From an uncultured archaeon (GTDB taxonomy: Archaea; Iainarchaeota; Iainarchaeia; Iainarchaeales; CSSED10-239): a stretch of DNA of 32,000 bases. Numbering within the stretch: the first letter of the stretch is position 1; each line of letters begins with the position of its first letter. Of this stretch, positions 1 to 9,661 are shown in pieces. Position numbers and translations under genes: made by a program. The notes beneath the pieces are model-generated. The model did no database searches. It was not told the DNA's origin and saw only the letters and a program-made list of their open reading frames with translations. Location: contig CAZCAP010000004.1 in NCBI GenBank assembly GCA_964496765.1, forward strand, positions 1-32,000, in the 5' to 3' direction.

Positions 1-54
1 TGCGACCGCTCGATTATCAGTCGAGTGCTCGAAACCAGACTAAGCTACACTCCC
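1..54 (-). tRNA. tRNA-Ile(GAU), 3' part truncated by window edge
   Basis: Reverse complement GGGAGTG-TA-GCTTAGTCTGGTTTCGAGC-A-CTCGACTGATAATCGAG-CGGTCGCA: 7-nt acceptor 5' strand, D-arm, anticodon stem CTCGA/TCGAG with loop CTGATAA, anticodon GAT. T-arm and 3' acceptor are outside the window. Confidence 0.88.
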
Positions 55-179
55 ATATAATTACAAAACTAAACGAATAGAAATATACAATTATATTCTT
101 CTATTAAATAATCTATATTAAAAACATATAAAAAACCTTCTTTTGCTTTAATTATATATCCACCACAAGAATAAATAAT

Positions 180-252
180 AGCCCGATAGTGTAGAGGCCA
201 AGCATGCAGGGCTTTGAACCCTGCGACAGGAGTTCGAATCTCCTTCGGGCTA
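180..252 (+). tRNA. tRNA-Gln(UUG)
   Basis: Acceptor AGCCCGA/TCGGGCT (7 bp, A1-U72), anticodon stem CAGGG/CCCTG with loop CTTTGAA (anticodon TTG), T-arm AGGAG-TTCGAAT-CTCCT, discriminator A; CCA not encoded. Confidence 0.93.
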
Positions 253-288
253 TTAATACTTTTAAAAAAGATTAAAATAGAGATTGAT

Positions 289-498
289 ATGGGAATTACA
301 AATTTATTCGGGTTTGGAAAGAAGAAAGACGACAAACCAAAAGAAAATATTGAAGAAATTGATTTAACCAACTCTAAATATAAAACCGAAACATGTGCTC
401 TTTGTTCAAAACCAGGATGTGATAAGAAATGGGGCGGACAATATTGGCATAAAAAATGTTTAAGATCAGCAAAGGGTATGGCAAAAGGAATGGTTTAA
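289..498 (+). CDS. small basic protein with Cx2C...HxxxC zinc-finger-like motif (MGITNLFGFGKKKDD...CALCSKPGCDKKWGGQYWHKKC)
   Basis: Track ORF 214..498 overlaps the tRNA; the internal ATG at 289 is the plausible start. Cys/His spacing suggests metal binding. Confidence 0.65.
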   Translation: MGITNLFGFGKKKDDKPKENIEEIDLTNSKYKTETCALCSKPGCDKKWGGQYWHKKCLRSAKGMAKGMV

Positions 499-499
499 A

Positions 500-643
500 A
501 TGAGTAAATTCAGATCTATAGCTCAATTTAAAAAAACCGCTCCAAAAAGAAAAAAGAAAGACAGTAAAACAATTACGACAAATAAAATTCGCAGCGGAAA
601 AGCAAAAGATTTATTTTATAAGTTTTTGAAAGAAACTAAATAA
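500..643 (+). CDS. small basic protein (47 aa) MSKFRSIAQFKKTAPKRKKKDSKTITTNKIRSGKAKDLFYKFLKETK, paralog of the next ORF
   Basis: Read manually from ATG at 500 to TAA at 641-643; sequence similarity to the ORF at 662-817 supports it being coding. Confidence 0.65.
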   Translation: MSKFRSIAQFKKTAPKRKKKDSKTITTNKIRSGKAKDLFYKFLKETK

Positions 644-661
644 TAAAAGAGATGATATGAA

Positions 662-817
662 TTGGCGAGATTTAAAAGTGTGAATCAGTTTAAAGCTTTA
701 CTTCCAAAAAGTAAGAAAAGGGACTGTAAAACATTCATTACAGCAAAAATACGTAAAGGCAAAGCAAAAGATAAACTCTATAAATTTATTTCTTCAAGAA
801 CACCGAAAGAAAAATAA
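662..817 (+). CDS. small basic protein (51 aa) (M)ARFKSVNQFKALLPKSKKRDCKTFITAKIRKGKAKDKLYKFISSRTPKEK
   Basis: TTG start at 662 preceded by AAGAGATGATAT; stop 815-817; residue-level similarity to ORF 500..643. Confidence 0.6.
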   Translation: MARFKSVNQFKALLPKSKKRDCKTFITAKIRKGKAKDKLYKFISSRTPKEK

Positions 818-851
818 CTATTTTTAAAAAAATTAGAAAAGATGAAAGATT

Positions 852-1361
852 CTATCTTCCACCATGCACGTTAAATATATCATCTTTGATTTTGGATTTG
901 CAGCTGGTAATATTTTCTAAATAAATATTTAAGTTTCTTTCAATATCATTTAATTCAGTAACTAAATCCTTTTCCTTACCAGCAACAAGATATTCTTCCT
1001 CTCTTAAACCTCTTAATTGTCCTAGTTCTCTTTTTATTATTATTAATCTTTTAAGAGCATAATAGTAGGCAGTATAATTATCCATCATGTCATTAAATAA
1101 TGGTTTTGTAACATCATTCTTTAGAACTTTTCTTCCTTCAAACAAAAAATGACTTTGTTGTTTTGTTCCAAACTTAGTCCCAGACATTACTTCATCAATT
1201 ACTTTTAAATGGGCAATAAGCCAATCAACTGGTTTATCTGAATATTTTTTATAGTCAGTAAATGATCTAGTTTTAGAAAGTTTTGATTCTTTAATCATCC
1301 TTTCATCAATAACAACATTACCTGCTTTCTTATTTTTCTTGAAGATATCAAAAATAGCCAT
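852..1361 (-). CDS. uncharacterised protein, alpha-helical/coiled
   Basis: Uninterrupted 169-aa ORF; no family recognised. Confidence 0.6.
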   Translation of the reverse strand: MAIFDIFKKNKKAGNVVIDERMIKESKLSKTRSFTDYKKYSDKPVDWLIAHLKVIDEVMSGTKFGTKQQSHFLFEGRKVLKNDVTKPLFNDMMDNYTAYYYALKRLIIIKRELGQLRGLREEEYLVAGKEKDLVTELNDIERNLNIYLENITSCKSKIKDDIFNVHGGR

Positions 1362-1474
1362 TTCAAATCACCCTTGGTATATACCTGTTCACCTTAAATA
1401 TATTTTTAAGTTTCTTAATATATATGGGTGATTAAGTTTAAAAATCAATATTGTTGGACAAAATACAATAATAC

Positions 1475-1999
1475 CTAGGAAATATCGAATTTTTTTAAGA
1501 GTTTTTCCTTAATAATCACTTTTTTAAGCTGAATTGTAAGCTCCTTTGGAGAAATGGAACAAACCTTGAAATCAAGTGGTAGATCCCACCCAACATCCCC
1601 TGAAAATCTAGGGAGGATATGAAAATGGAGGTGAAGCATGCTTTCTCCAGCTACTTTACCTACAGAACAACCTATATTATATCCCTCTGGTTTCATAAAT
1701 ACCTTAAGCGCAAATATTGAAAGATCCATTAAATTAAATAACTCTATTCTTTCGTTTGTGGTTAATGAATTTATATCATTAACATGACGTTTGGGGATAA
1801 TTAAAAGATGACCCGTTGCATAGGGGAATTTATTTGCTTGAATAAAACAAGTCTTACCTTCAAGAACTAATAAGTTTGGATCTATTTTTTTAATATTACA
1901 AAAGGAACAGGTTTTTGTAGACTTACTTTTTTCTTCTAGATTGCTTGTAACATACTCCTGTCTCCAGGGAGCATAAAGTATTTTTTTTCTTTCAACCAT
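1475..1999 (-). CDS. HIT (histidine triad) family nucleotide hydrolase/phosphorylase-like protein
   Basis: HLHFHILPR histidine triad; N-terminal CSFC; GHLLIIPKRH. Confidence 0.88.
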   Translation of the reverse strand: MVERKKILYAPWRQEYVTSNLEEKSKSTKTCSFCNIKKIDPNLLVLEGKTCFIQANKFPYATGHLLIIPKRHVNDINSLTTNERIELFNLMDLSIFALKVFMKPEGYNIGCSVGKVAGESMLHLHFHILPRFSGDVGWDLPLDFKVCSISPKELTIQLKKVIIKEKLLKKFDIS

Positions 2000-2009
2000 A
2001 GATTATCAA

Positions 2010-3944
2010 TCATTTATTTTTTTCTAAGAATTCTTTTAAGTTCTTGTTTAAGCTTTTAGATAAAATTTGCCCATCAATTAGTCCTTTTGTTTTTGACATG
2101 AGACGACCCATGAGTAAACCAATTGCTCTTTCTCTTTGTTTTAAGACAGTTTCTTTATTTTCATTAATTACTTCAATAGCTAGTGAATCAACATCAATAT
2201 CTTTTTTGCTTGCACCAACTCCAAATTTTTCAAGTATAAGTTTAATTGATTTTTTTGTATCCAGGTATTCTACAAACACATCATTAAATTTTGTTTTTGG
2301 AATTTCAGTAACCTCTTTTTGAGAAAAGAAAGAATAAAGAGTATCATCCTCTAGGTAATCAAGATTGATCTTCTTTTCTCTCTGAAGTTTTGTTAAATCT
2401 TCTAAAAGGAAAACACACAAGGTTGTTGGGTTGATGTTATTAGTTGTTACAATTTGCTCAAACACAGGAGCAAAGTTTGAAAGAAGCATCTTATCTGCAA
2501 GCTGTGAATTTATTTTATAATTATTTAAATACAACTCTTTTCTTTTATCAAGAGATAATGGAGTTTCTTTATTCATTCTATCCACAAGCTCTGGAAGGAA
2601 ATCAATTGGAGAAATATCTGTTTCTGGATACATTCTTGCAGAACCTGAAAGAGGTCTTTGGTATTCTGTGTTTCCCTGGGGAGTTGCTATTCTTGTTTCT
2701 TCAGGGACACCAACTAGTAATTGATTTAATCTGTTCTCAATAATCTCTTTAACATAATTAATTTCAGATGGAGCAGAAATTATCAGAATAAAAGAATCCT
2801 CTTCTTTTAATTGTAATTTTGTTTTAATAGTAGTTACATCTATTTCTGTGATTCCATAGTTTGGAAGCTCATCTAAATGAAATAATCCTTTTAGAGTAGT
2901 CTTCATTTTTAAAATATTTGCAATCTCTGTTCCTACTCTTCTTTCTGGTTGAACCTCATAGCCAAGGATTCCTTTGAAATTTGGAAGAGGGAAACAAAAT
3001 ATTTTCCTTCCTTGGGCAAGCGATTCTTTAATCATTTTTGATTCGCTTGATTTAAAGATATCTGTTACATCTACTTCACTTAAAACAACATTTTTAATTT
3101 CCCTTAATTTTAATTCATCTCTCACTTGTAATAAAGATAATTGTCTTACTATTTCTCGTTTAACAATCTCTGGTATTAGATCAAGATCCTGGGCACCCTT
3201 TATCTCTGTTCTTGTTCCTCCTTTGATTGAGATGTTTATGTCTTGTCTAATTGAACCAAGACCTCTCTTGGTTTTTCCTGTGGATCTAAATAACTGTCCA
3301 AGAAACATAGCAGTCTTTTTAACATCCTCTGGTGTATATATATCATGCCAGGCAACCACTTCAATCAATGGAGTCCCTAGTCTATCTAGAGAATAAACAA
3401 CTTCCTTTTCTCCTCTTTCAATTACTCTTGCTGCATCCTCTTCTAATAATATCTTGTTTATTCTAACTCTCCCGAAATCCATATCAATATAGCCATTGGT
3501 TGAGATCATCATTGTTCTTTGGAATCCAGAAACATTTGAACCATCAATTACCTGCTTTCTCATAACATAGGTTCTATCAACAATTGTTGAATTAGTTAAT
3601 TTTGAAATAATCATAGAAATTACAAGTGCATCCCTATTTGGTTGAAGAGGTGGTTGACAATCAAGTTCAACTAAACAATTACAGGAATCATATCCCAGAT
3701 AGGTAAATGTTTTATCTCTCTTTTGCTCATGGCTTGCAGTTGCATCAACCTCTCCAGCTTCAGAAGTAACTGCATGAAGCTTTCTTGAAACAGAAAAATC
3801 AGGTATAGTATCATCTCTAATTAAAAAAGATTTACAATTACAAAATAATTTATTTGTGTTAAGCTGTTGGTGAAGTTCAAGCCCACACATTAAACCAAGT
3901 GATTTGTAATCTAAATTATTTATATCTATTTTTGTTAAAACCAT
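2010..3944 (-). CDS. gatE: Glu-tRNA(Gln) amidotransferase subunit E
   Basis: GLMCGLELHQQLNTNKLFCNC...; GatB/E-type core (KGIVDGSNVSGFQRT-like RKQVIDGSNVSGFQRTMMI, RLGTPLIEV) and YqeY-like C-terminal region; adjacent to gatD. Confidence 0.95.
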   Translation of the reverse strand: MVLTKIDINNLDYKSLGLMCGLELHQQLNTNKLFCNCKSFLIRDDTIPDFSVSRKLHAVTSEAGEVDATASHEQKRDKTFTYLGYDSCNCLVELDCQPPLQPNRDALVISMIISKLTNSTIVDRTYVMRKQVIDGSNVSGFQRTMMISTNGYIDMDFGRVRINKILLEEDAARVIERGEKEVVYSLDRLGTPLIEVVAWHDIYTPEDVKKTAMFLGQLFRSTGKTKRGLGSIRQDINISIKGGTRTEIKGAQDLDLIPEIVKREIVRQLSLLQVRDELKLREIKNVVLSEVDVTDIFKSSESKMIKESLAQGRKIFCFPLPNFKGILGYEVQPERRVGTEIANILKMKTTLKGLFHLDELPNYGITEIDVTTIKTKLQLKEEDSFILIISAPSEINYVKEIIENRLNQLLVGVPEETRIATPQGNTEYQRPLSGSARMYPETDISPIDFLPELVDRMNKETPLSLDKRKELYLNNYKINSQLADKMLLSNFAPVFEQIVTTNNINPTTLCVFLLEDLTKLQREKKINLDYLEDDTLYSFFSQKEVTEIPKTKFNDVFVEYLDTKKSIKLILEKFGVGASKKDIDVDSLAIEVINENKETVLKQRERAIGLLMGRLMSKTKGLIDGQILSKSLNKNLKEFLEKNK

Positions 3945-3953
3945 AATAATTTC

Positions 3954-5312
3954 TCATTCCATTGAATTTTCAAAGTATTCTGGGTCTTCTTTTTCAGTTA
4001 TTTCTCCAGAAATGTTTTTTTTCATATAATTAATTATATCTTCTCTTTTTTTAAATCTAGAAAGAGCACAACCTAATTTAATGTAGCCAACCTCTGGAAG
4101 CATATCATGAGACTCTAAATATTCTGCTCCCGCATCATTTGCATATCTTAGATTAGCATAAACCTTTCCATTAACTCTCCCAAATAAGCATTGGGATGTA
4201 ATTATAACTATTATTCCCTTCTTTGTTGCCTCTACAATAAAAGGAAGCCATTGTTTTTCTTCAGGTAAATTTTGAGTTGTTCCACCAATTCCTGTTGGAA
4301 CATGACCAAGCCCAGTTCCTTCAAGCACTAATCCTCTATAGCCTTTTTCAATATACCAATTAATAACAAATGGATCTGAATTAGGATAAACTTTAATTAA
4401 TGCAACCTTGTCCTCAAAGGAATTTTTTAATAGTGGTTGCTGATTGTCCAACATTTGTTGCAATTTAGTTTTATCAATCATGAATTCAATATTCCCATTA
4501 AAATAAACTTTTGCTATTGGAGAATCATTGACTGCTCTAAAAGCATCTCTTCTTGATGTGTGCATTTTTCTTGATTTTGTTGCTCTAATAACATAGCAAA
4601 AATCATCATTAATCGAACCATGCATAACAGTAAAAACACCAGCTATCTTTTCTTTAACAAAATGAGCAGCACATATTAAATTCATTCGTCCATCAAAGCT
4701 AGCTCTATCAGGTGATCTCTGTGCTCCAACCAAAAGAACAGGTTTGTTTATGTTCTCAATCATAAAAGAGATTGCTGTTCCTGTATAGGAAAGAGTATCT
4801 GTTCCATGGGTAATAATCACTCCATCAATATCCTTATTTATTATTGAATTAAATACCTTTTCTGATAATTCTTTCCAATCCCCTGCAAAGAAGTCTTCGG
4901 ATGGTTTAATAAAAGGAGATTTTATTTCTTTAATGTTTACAATTGATGCAAGTTCAGGAACTGTTCCAATTATTTCTTCTGGCGTTCTACACATAAACAC
5001 AGCACCAGTATTATAATCAACGTGGGTTCCAATGGTTCCACCAGTTCCAATATATGCTATTGATGGAAGATCTTTATTTATTGTTGGATTTATCTTTGGA
5101 ATGGAACCAAGATTCACTTTTTCTTTAAACTTTTCAATTTTTGTTTTAGCGTCAATGGAAACATCTATGTTATATCCATTATCCACAAGCTTGATTTTTA
5201 AAGCATCAGGAGATATATCTACCACATAACCCCTATATTCCATTTTTTTCCCATTAATCTCTTTTGAGATCAAAACCAGATATCCAATATCATCTTTTGA
5301 TAAATCAGTCAT
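3954..5312 (-). CDS. gatD: Glu-tRNA(Gln) amidotransferase subunit D (asparaginase-like)
   Basis: IAYIGTGGTIGTHVDYNTGAV, VITHGTDTLSYT, asparaginase motifs with GatD N-terminal domain. Track start is TTG at 5321; ATG at 5312 is the likelier start. Confidence 0.94.
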   Translation of the reverse strand: MTDLSKDDIGYLVLISKEINGKKMEYRGYVVDISPDALKIKLVDNGYNIDVSIDAKTKIEKFKEKVNLGSIPKINPTINKDLPSIAYIGTGGTIGTHVDYNTGAVFMCRTPEEIIGTVPELASIVNIKEIKSPFIKPSEDFFAGDWKELSEKVFNSIINKDIDGVIITHGTDTLSYTGTAISFMIENINKPVLLVGAQRSPDRASFDGRMNLICAAHFVKEKIAGVFTVMHGSINDDFCYVIRATKSRKMHTSRRDAFRAVNDSPIAKVYFNGNIEFMIDKTKLQQMLDNQQPLLKNSFEDKVALIKVYPNSDPFVINWYIEKGYRGLVLEGTGLGHVPTGIGGTTQNLPEEKQWLPFIVEATKKGIIVIITSQCLFGRVNGKVYANLRYANDAGAEYLESHDMLPEVGYIKLGCALSRFKKREDIINYMKKNISGEITEKEDPEYFENSME

Positions 5313-5365
5313 AACTATCAATAATATAGTATATATAAATAATTAAAAACATTGGTTTTATGTAT

Positions 5366-5899
5366 TTATTTTCTAAGTTTGAATATTTTTGGTGGAGCAA
5401 GAATATTTGAATGTCCCATGTAATTTAAAAAGAAAACAATAATGCTCGCAAAAAGCTTTGCAATAATAGAATATAACCCAAACAATTCAATAAAAAGACT
5501 AATTAGAATAAGAGTCGCAATCAACCCTGTTATTGAAACCATTGAATACTTGAAAAAAGAAGACAATAGCTTCCAAAAATTGTTAGTTGGATACTTGAAA
5601 GTAAAATGCTTATGTAAATTGAAATTAGTAAACATTCCTGCTAGATATGAAATTATTGCAGATATGATATAAAACACATCAAAAAGAGAAGTTAGAATAA
5701 AAAACAACGCAAAATCAACAATTTCTCCAAACAAACTCAAAGAAAGATACTTGAGATTTGTCTTATATCTATAAATTAGAGGAATAGACACTAACCAATA
5801 ATAAATTCTATGAAATATTGATCTTCTTTTATAAATGAGCAGAGACTTAGTGAACTTACAATTGTCTGGTATACAATCTTTTTCTTTCTTTTGTGTCAT
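5366..5899 (-). CDS. GtrA-like multi-pass membrane protein
   Basis: Four hydrophobic segments, FTNFNLHKHFTFKYP and C-terminal segment typical of the GtrA family. Confidence 0.75.
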   Translation of the reverse strand: MTQKKEKDCIPDNCKFTKSLLIYKRRSIFHRIYYWLVSIPLIYRYKTNLKYLSLSLFGEIVDFALFFILTSLFDVFYIISAIISYLAGMFTNFNLHKHFTFKYPTNNFWKLLSSFFKYSMVSITGLIATLILISLFIELFGLYSIIAKLFASIIVFFLNYMGHSNILAPPKIFKLRK

Positions 5900-6000
5900 T
5901 GTTTCCTGTCCATATTGTTTGAATTAATAATTAGCTATAATCCTAAATGTTATATATATACTATATTTAGTTTAAAAAGATTTCTCAACATATATACTAT

Positions 6001-7413
6001 ATGAAACCAAAATATAATTTAAAAGAAACAGATGTTGAAGCATATCTGGAAAAAGTAAAAGGATATCTTGAAAAAAAGAACATAGATTATTATGACATTC
6101 GTCTTGAAAAAAGTAAGAAAACAGGAATAGTTATAGATAATGATAAAGCAAGAATTATTGGAGATAATGAGATTATAGGAATTGGAATTAGAATCTATAA
6201 AAACAAAAAACTAGGGTTTTGTTCAACAACCAATCTTGAAAATTACAAACCAATAATTGATGAATGTATTAGGACTACAGATAAATTAACTAAAAAAACA
6301 GATTTAATGAATTTTGCATCAAATAAAGCAACTATAAAATATAAACACAAAAGCTTTGAAGATGTTTCTCTTGAACAGAAAGTTAATGAACTTATTAAAA
6401 TTAATAAGGAAGTCATTAATACTGAAAACAAAGACTATAAATTATTAGAATCAGAAATCAGGTATAAGGAAGAATACACAGAAAACTATTTTGTTAATCC
6501 ATGGAGTTATATTTACCAAGACGAACCCTATACAATGATTTATTCTCTAATGACTGGAAAAAGAAATGGAATTATTGAAACAAATCTTCATAGAGCTTGT
6601 GAAAAAAGTGGACTTGAATCAGTTACCTTTGAAAAAAAAAATAATTTACTTATAGAGAACAAAAGAATATTGGGAGAACTATTATTTTCAAAACCCTGTC
6701 CAGCAATAAAAACAGATATACTATTAGATCAGGAGATTGTTGGACTTTTTGCTCACGAAGCAATAGGGCATCCCTGTGAAGCAGATGCTAAATTAGTAAA
6801 TGCAACTGTGCTTAAGAAAAAAGGAATAGTACTCACAAAAAACAAAGAGGTTACAATTGTTGATGATCCAACTATTAATGGATTTGGGCATTTCGTGTAT
6901 GATGATGAGGGAATAAAAGCTAAAAAAACAACTCTAATAAAAAACGGGATTGTAAATGAATATATGACAAACATTGAGACAGCAACATCGGAAAAGGAAA
7001 AATCAAATGGGTCAGCAAGGGCAGAAAATTTTTCAGCACCCCCAATTGTAAGAATGAGTAATACTTTCTTCTTACCGGGAAAGGATAAACACAAAGATAT
7101 GTTAACTAATTTTAGTGGTTTTTATCTTAAAGGTTTTGCTGGAGGTATGGTTGATCCTTCAATTGGCACCTTTATGTTTGGAATAAAACAAGCAATTAAA
7201 TATGATAGGGGAAAGATTGTTGGAAAATTTAAACAAGCATCAATTTCAGGGAACATTTTAACCTATTTAGATAACATTACAAAAATTGGGGATAACCAAA
7301 ATGTTGGAGGATCTGGTTTTTGTGGGAAGAATAACCAGACAGCATATGTTGGAGATGGAGGCCCAATCTTAAAAATAGATAACGTAATGGTTGGTGGAAC
7401 AAAACATGAATAA
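6001..7413 (+). CDS. tldD: TldD family metalloprotease
   Basis: HEAIGHPCEAD (HExxxH), GXSXR-type C-terminal region GGVGGSGFCGKNNQTAYVGDGGP-like; followed by its partner. Confidence 0.9.
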   Translation: MKPKYNLKETDVEAYLEKVKGYLEKKNIDYYDIRLEKSKKTGIVIDNDKARIIGDNEIIGIGIRIYKNKKLGFCSTTNLENYKPIIDECIRTTDKLTKKTDLMNFASNKATIKYKHKSFEDVSLEQKVNELIKINKEVINTENKDYKLLESEIRYKEEYTENYFVNPWSYIYQDEPYTMIYSLMTGKRNGIIETNLHRACEKSGLESVTFEKKNNLLIENKRILGELLFSKPCPAIKTDILLDQEIVGLFAHEAIGHPCEADAKLVNATVLKKKGIVLTKNKEVTIVDDPTINGFGHFVYDDEGIKAKKTTLIKNGIVNEYMTNIETATSEKEKSNGSARAENFSAPPIVRMSNTFFLPGKDKHKDMLTNFSGFYLKGFAGGMVDPSIGTFMFGIKQAIKYDRGKIVGKFKQASISGNILTYLDNITKIGDNQNVGGSGFCGKNNQTAYVGDGGPILKIDNVMVGGTKHE

Positions 7414-8698
7414 AGAAGAAATTTATAATTTTTGTGAAAAAATTTCAAAAAAAGAAAATATTGAGTTTATATACTATTCAGGAAAGAAAACAAATATTGA
7501 TTTTGAGAAATTCGATGTTACTAAGAGTACAAACATTGAAAGTACTGCTCTTTATATAAGGGTTATTGTAAATGGGCAAATAGGATTTTACACCATTACA
7601 GAAATAAATGAAAAGAATATAAGAAATGGTATTAATAAAGCAAAGAAAATTGCAAAATTAAAGAATGATATTAAAATAAAAGATTTTGGAAATGCAAAAC
7701 CAAAATCACATATTCATTTTGATAAACAAATAAAAAATATAGATTTCACAGGTCTAATCCCAGATATTAAAAAACAGTTAACTAAAGACAAATACATTAC
7801 TTCCTACGAGGGAAACCTAAACAAGATGGATAACTATGAGTTTTATATTAATCCCTACACACGCAAAGAAGAAGAAAAATCAAGTATTAATCTGGGAGTA
7901 TCTGTAATTACTAAGGACAAAACACAATCTAGTGCATCCTATTCAAACACATTCACAAAAGCAGAGGATATAGATATTAAAAGAACATTTAATCAAGCAA
8001 AACATGATGCTAATCTATTACTAAATCCAAAATCAGGAAAAGAAGGGGAGTACACACTAATTTTCACTCCTGATGTATTCAATAATCTACTTTCTGGACT
8101 AATAATACCAGCAACAGTAGGAGAAAATATTGAAAAAAAAGAATCATATTTACATTCGTTTATTGGGAAAAAAGTATTTTCAAACAAACTAACAATAAAT
8201 GAAGAACCACACATAGATGATTTTACAAGTTCCTGTTCAATGGATGATGAAGGATTTAAAACGGAAAGAAAAACAATATTTGATGCAGGTATTTTCCAAA
8301 CTCCAATCTATGATCAATACAATGCAACAAAATACAATAAAAAAACAACAGGAAATGGATTTAGAGTTGGAAGCACAATTTCTTGTAATCACACTAATTT
8401 AATTCAACTTCCTGGACATCATAGTATTGATGATATAATATCTAAAACAAAAAAAGGAATACTTGTTTATTCTCTTCTTGGGATGCACACAAATAAGATT
8501 ACAACAGGTGATTTTTCATTAATTATTGGAGCAGGAAAAGAAATAATTAATGGACAATTTAAAAACACAATTACAAACCTAAGATTTACTGGAAATATTA
8601 TAGACACACTAAAAGATATTTATTTTTCTAGAGAGCAAAAATTTAATGGAAATGGATTATTTTCATTTGGGATCATTCCAAAAATCAGAGTGATATAA
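7406..8698 (+). CDS. tldE: TldE/PmbA family protein (partner of TldD)
   Basis: PmbA/TldD fold-like sequence without HExxxH; ATG at 7406 overlaps the tldD stop by 8 nt (translational coupling). Confidence 0.85.
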   Translation: MNKEEIYNFCEKISKKENIEFIYYSGKKTNIDFEKFDVTKSTNIESTALYIRVIVNGQIGFYTITEINEKNIRNGINKAKKIAKLKNDIKIKDFGNAKPKSHIHFDKQIKNIDFTGLIPDIKKQLTKDKYITSYEGNLNKMDNYEFYINPYTRKEEEKSSINLGVSVITKDKTQSSASYSNTFTKAEDIDIKRTFNQAKHDANLLLNPKSGKEGEYTLIFTPDVFNNLLSGLIIPATVGENIEKKESYLHSFIGKKVFSNKLTINEEPHIDDFTSSCSMDDEGFKTERKTIFDAGIFQTPIYDQYNATKYNKKTTGNGFRVGSTISCNHTNLIQLPGHHSIDDIISKTKKGILVYSLLGMHTNKITTGDFSLIIGAGKEIINGQFKNTITNLRFTGNIIDTLKDIYFSREQKFNGNGLFSFGIIPKIRVI

Positions 8699-8699
8699 T

Positions 8700-9014
8700 A
8701 TGGGAATCACATTGAAAAACATTAAGCGAGAGCAGCTTATCAAATCAACAAGGCCAAAACAAAAGAAAAGACCAATGGGCAATAAACAAATTTTAGATGA
8801 AATTAAATACAGATTAAAACCACAAACAATTGGACTTAACCCAAAAGAGATCAGAAAATTACAAATATCAACTGTTGAGAATTTTTCAACTAATTTTCTT
8901 AAATTTAGAAGAAAGAATAAAAGAAATCCAAATAATTCAGAAATACAGCAGCTGATAACCAAAGCAATAGCAGAAACATATTTGGCATTGAGAAAAAAGA
9001 GAACACAAGAATGA
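8700..9014 (+). CDS. uncharacterised basic protein
   Basis: 104-aa ORF directly after tldE, stop overlaps the start of the endonuclease III gene (ATGA). Confidence 0.6.
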   Translation: MGITLKNIKREQLIKSTRPKQKKRPMGNKQILDEIKYRLKPQTIGLNPKEIRKLQISTVENFSTNFLKFRRKNKRNPNNSEIQQLITKAIAETYLALRKKRTQE

Positions 9015-9658
9015 ATCCAAATAAAATTGAGACAATATATAGGATATTAAAAAAACAGCTTAAAGGGTACAGCATTCCAATTGCTGAACAGGTACATGTG
9101 AAGAATAAAGAGCCTTTCTTTGTTTTAATTGCAACCATTCTTTCCGCAAGAACAAAAGATACAACAACTTCTAAGGTTTGTAATAGATTATTTAACAAAA
9201 TTAAATCATTTTCAGATATTGAAAACAGTTCTCAAAAAGAGCTAGAAAAATTAATATATCCCGTTGGATTTTACAGAACCAAGGCAAAGAATCTTAAAAA
9301 GTTGCCAACAGAAATTAATGATATATTTCTTGGACAGATCCCATCAGAAATTGATGATCTAATTAAATTATCTGGAGTAGGAAGAAAAACTGCAAATCTG
9401 GTTAGATCAGTGGCATTTAATAAACCAGGGATCTGTGTTGATACTCACGTACACAGAATTACAAATCGTCTTGGATTTTTAAAAACCAAAAGCCCAAATG
9501 AAACAGAAATGGAACTTAGGAAAATCATACCCAAAAAATACTGGAAAGATACAAACTATTTATTTGTTATACTTGGACAGAATATTTGTTTCCCAAGAAA
9601 TCCAAATTGTAAAAACTGCCCAATCAATACTTATTGTCCAAAGATAAATGTGAAATAA
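9011..9658 (+). CDS. nth: endonuclease III (HhH-GPD, 4Fe-4S)
   Basis: LSGVGRKTANLV helix-hairpin-helix, VDTHVHRITNRLGF, and C-x6-C-x2-C-x5-C cluster CFPRNPNCKNCPINTYC. Confidence 0.95.
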   Translation: MNPNKIETIYRILKKQLKGYSIPIAEQVHVKNKEPFFVLIATILSARTKDTTTSKVCNRLFNKIKSFSDIENSSQKELEKLIYPVGFYRTKAKNLKKLPTEINDIFLGQIPSEIDDLIKLSGVGRKTANLVRSVAFNKPGICVDTHVHRITNRLGFLKTKSPNETEMELRKIIPKKYWKDTNYLFVILGQNICFPRNPNCKNCPINTYCPKINVK

Positions 9659-9661
9659 ACT

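Noticed and set aside
69-371. Track ORF on minus strand
   Set aside because: Runs through tRNA-Gln and the opposite-strand Zn-finger micro-protein; no family-like features.
2044-3396. Plus-strand ORFs inside gatE (2044..2322, 2444..2743, 2974..3396)
   Set aside because: Antisense to a confidently identified gene, with no recognisable domains.
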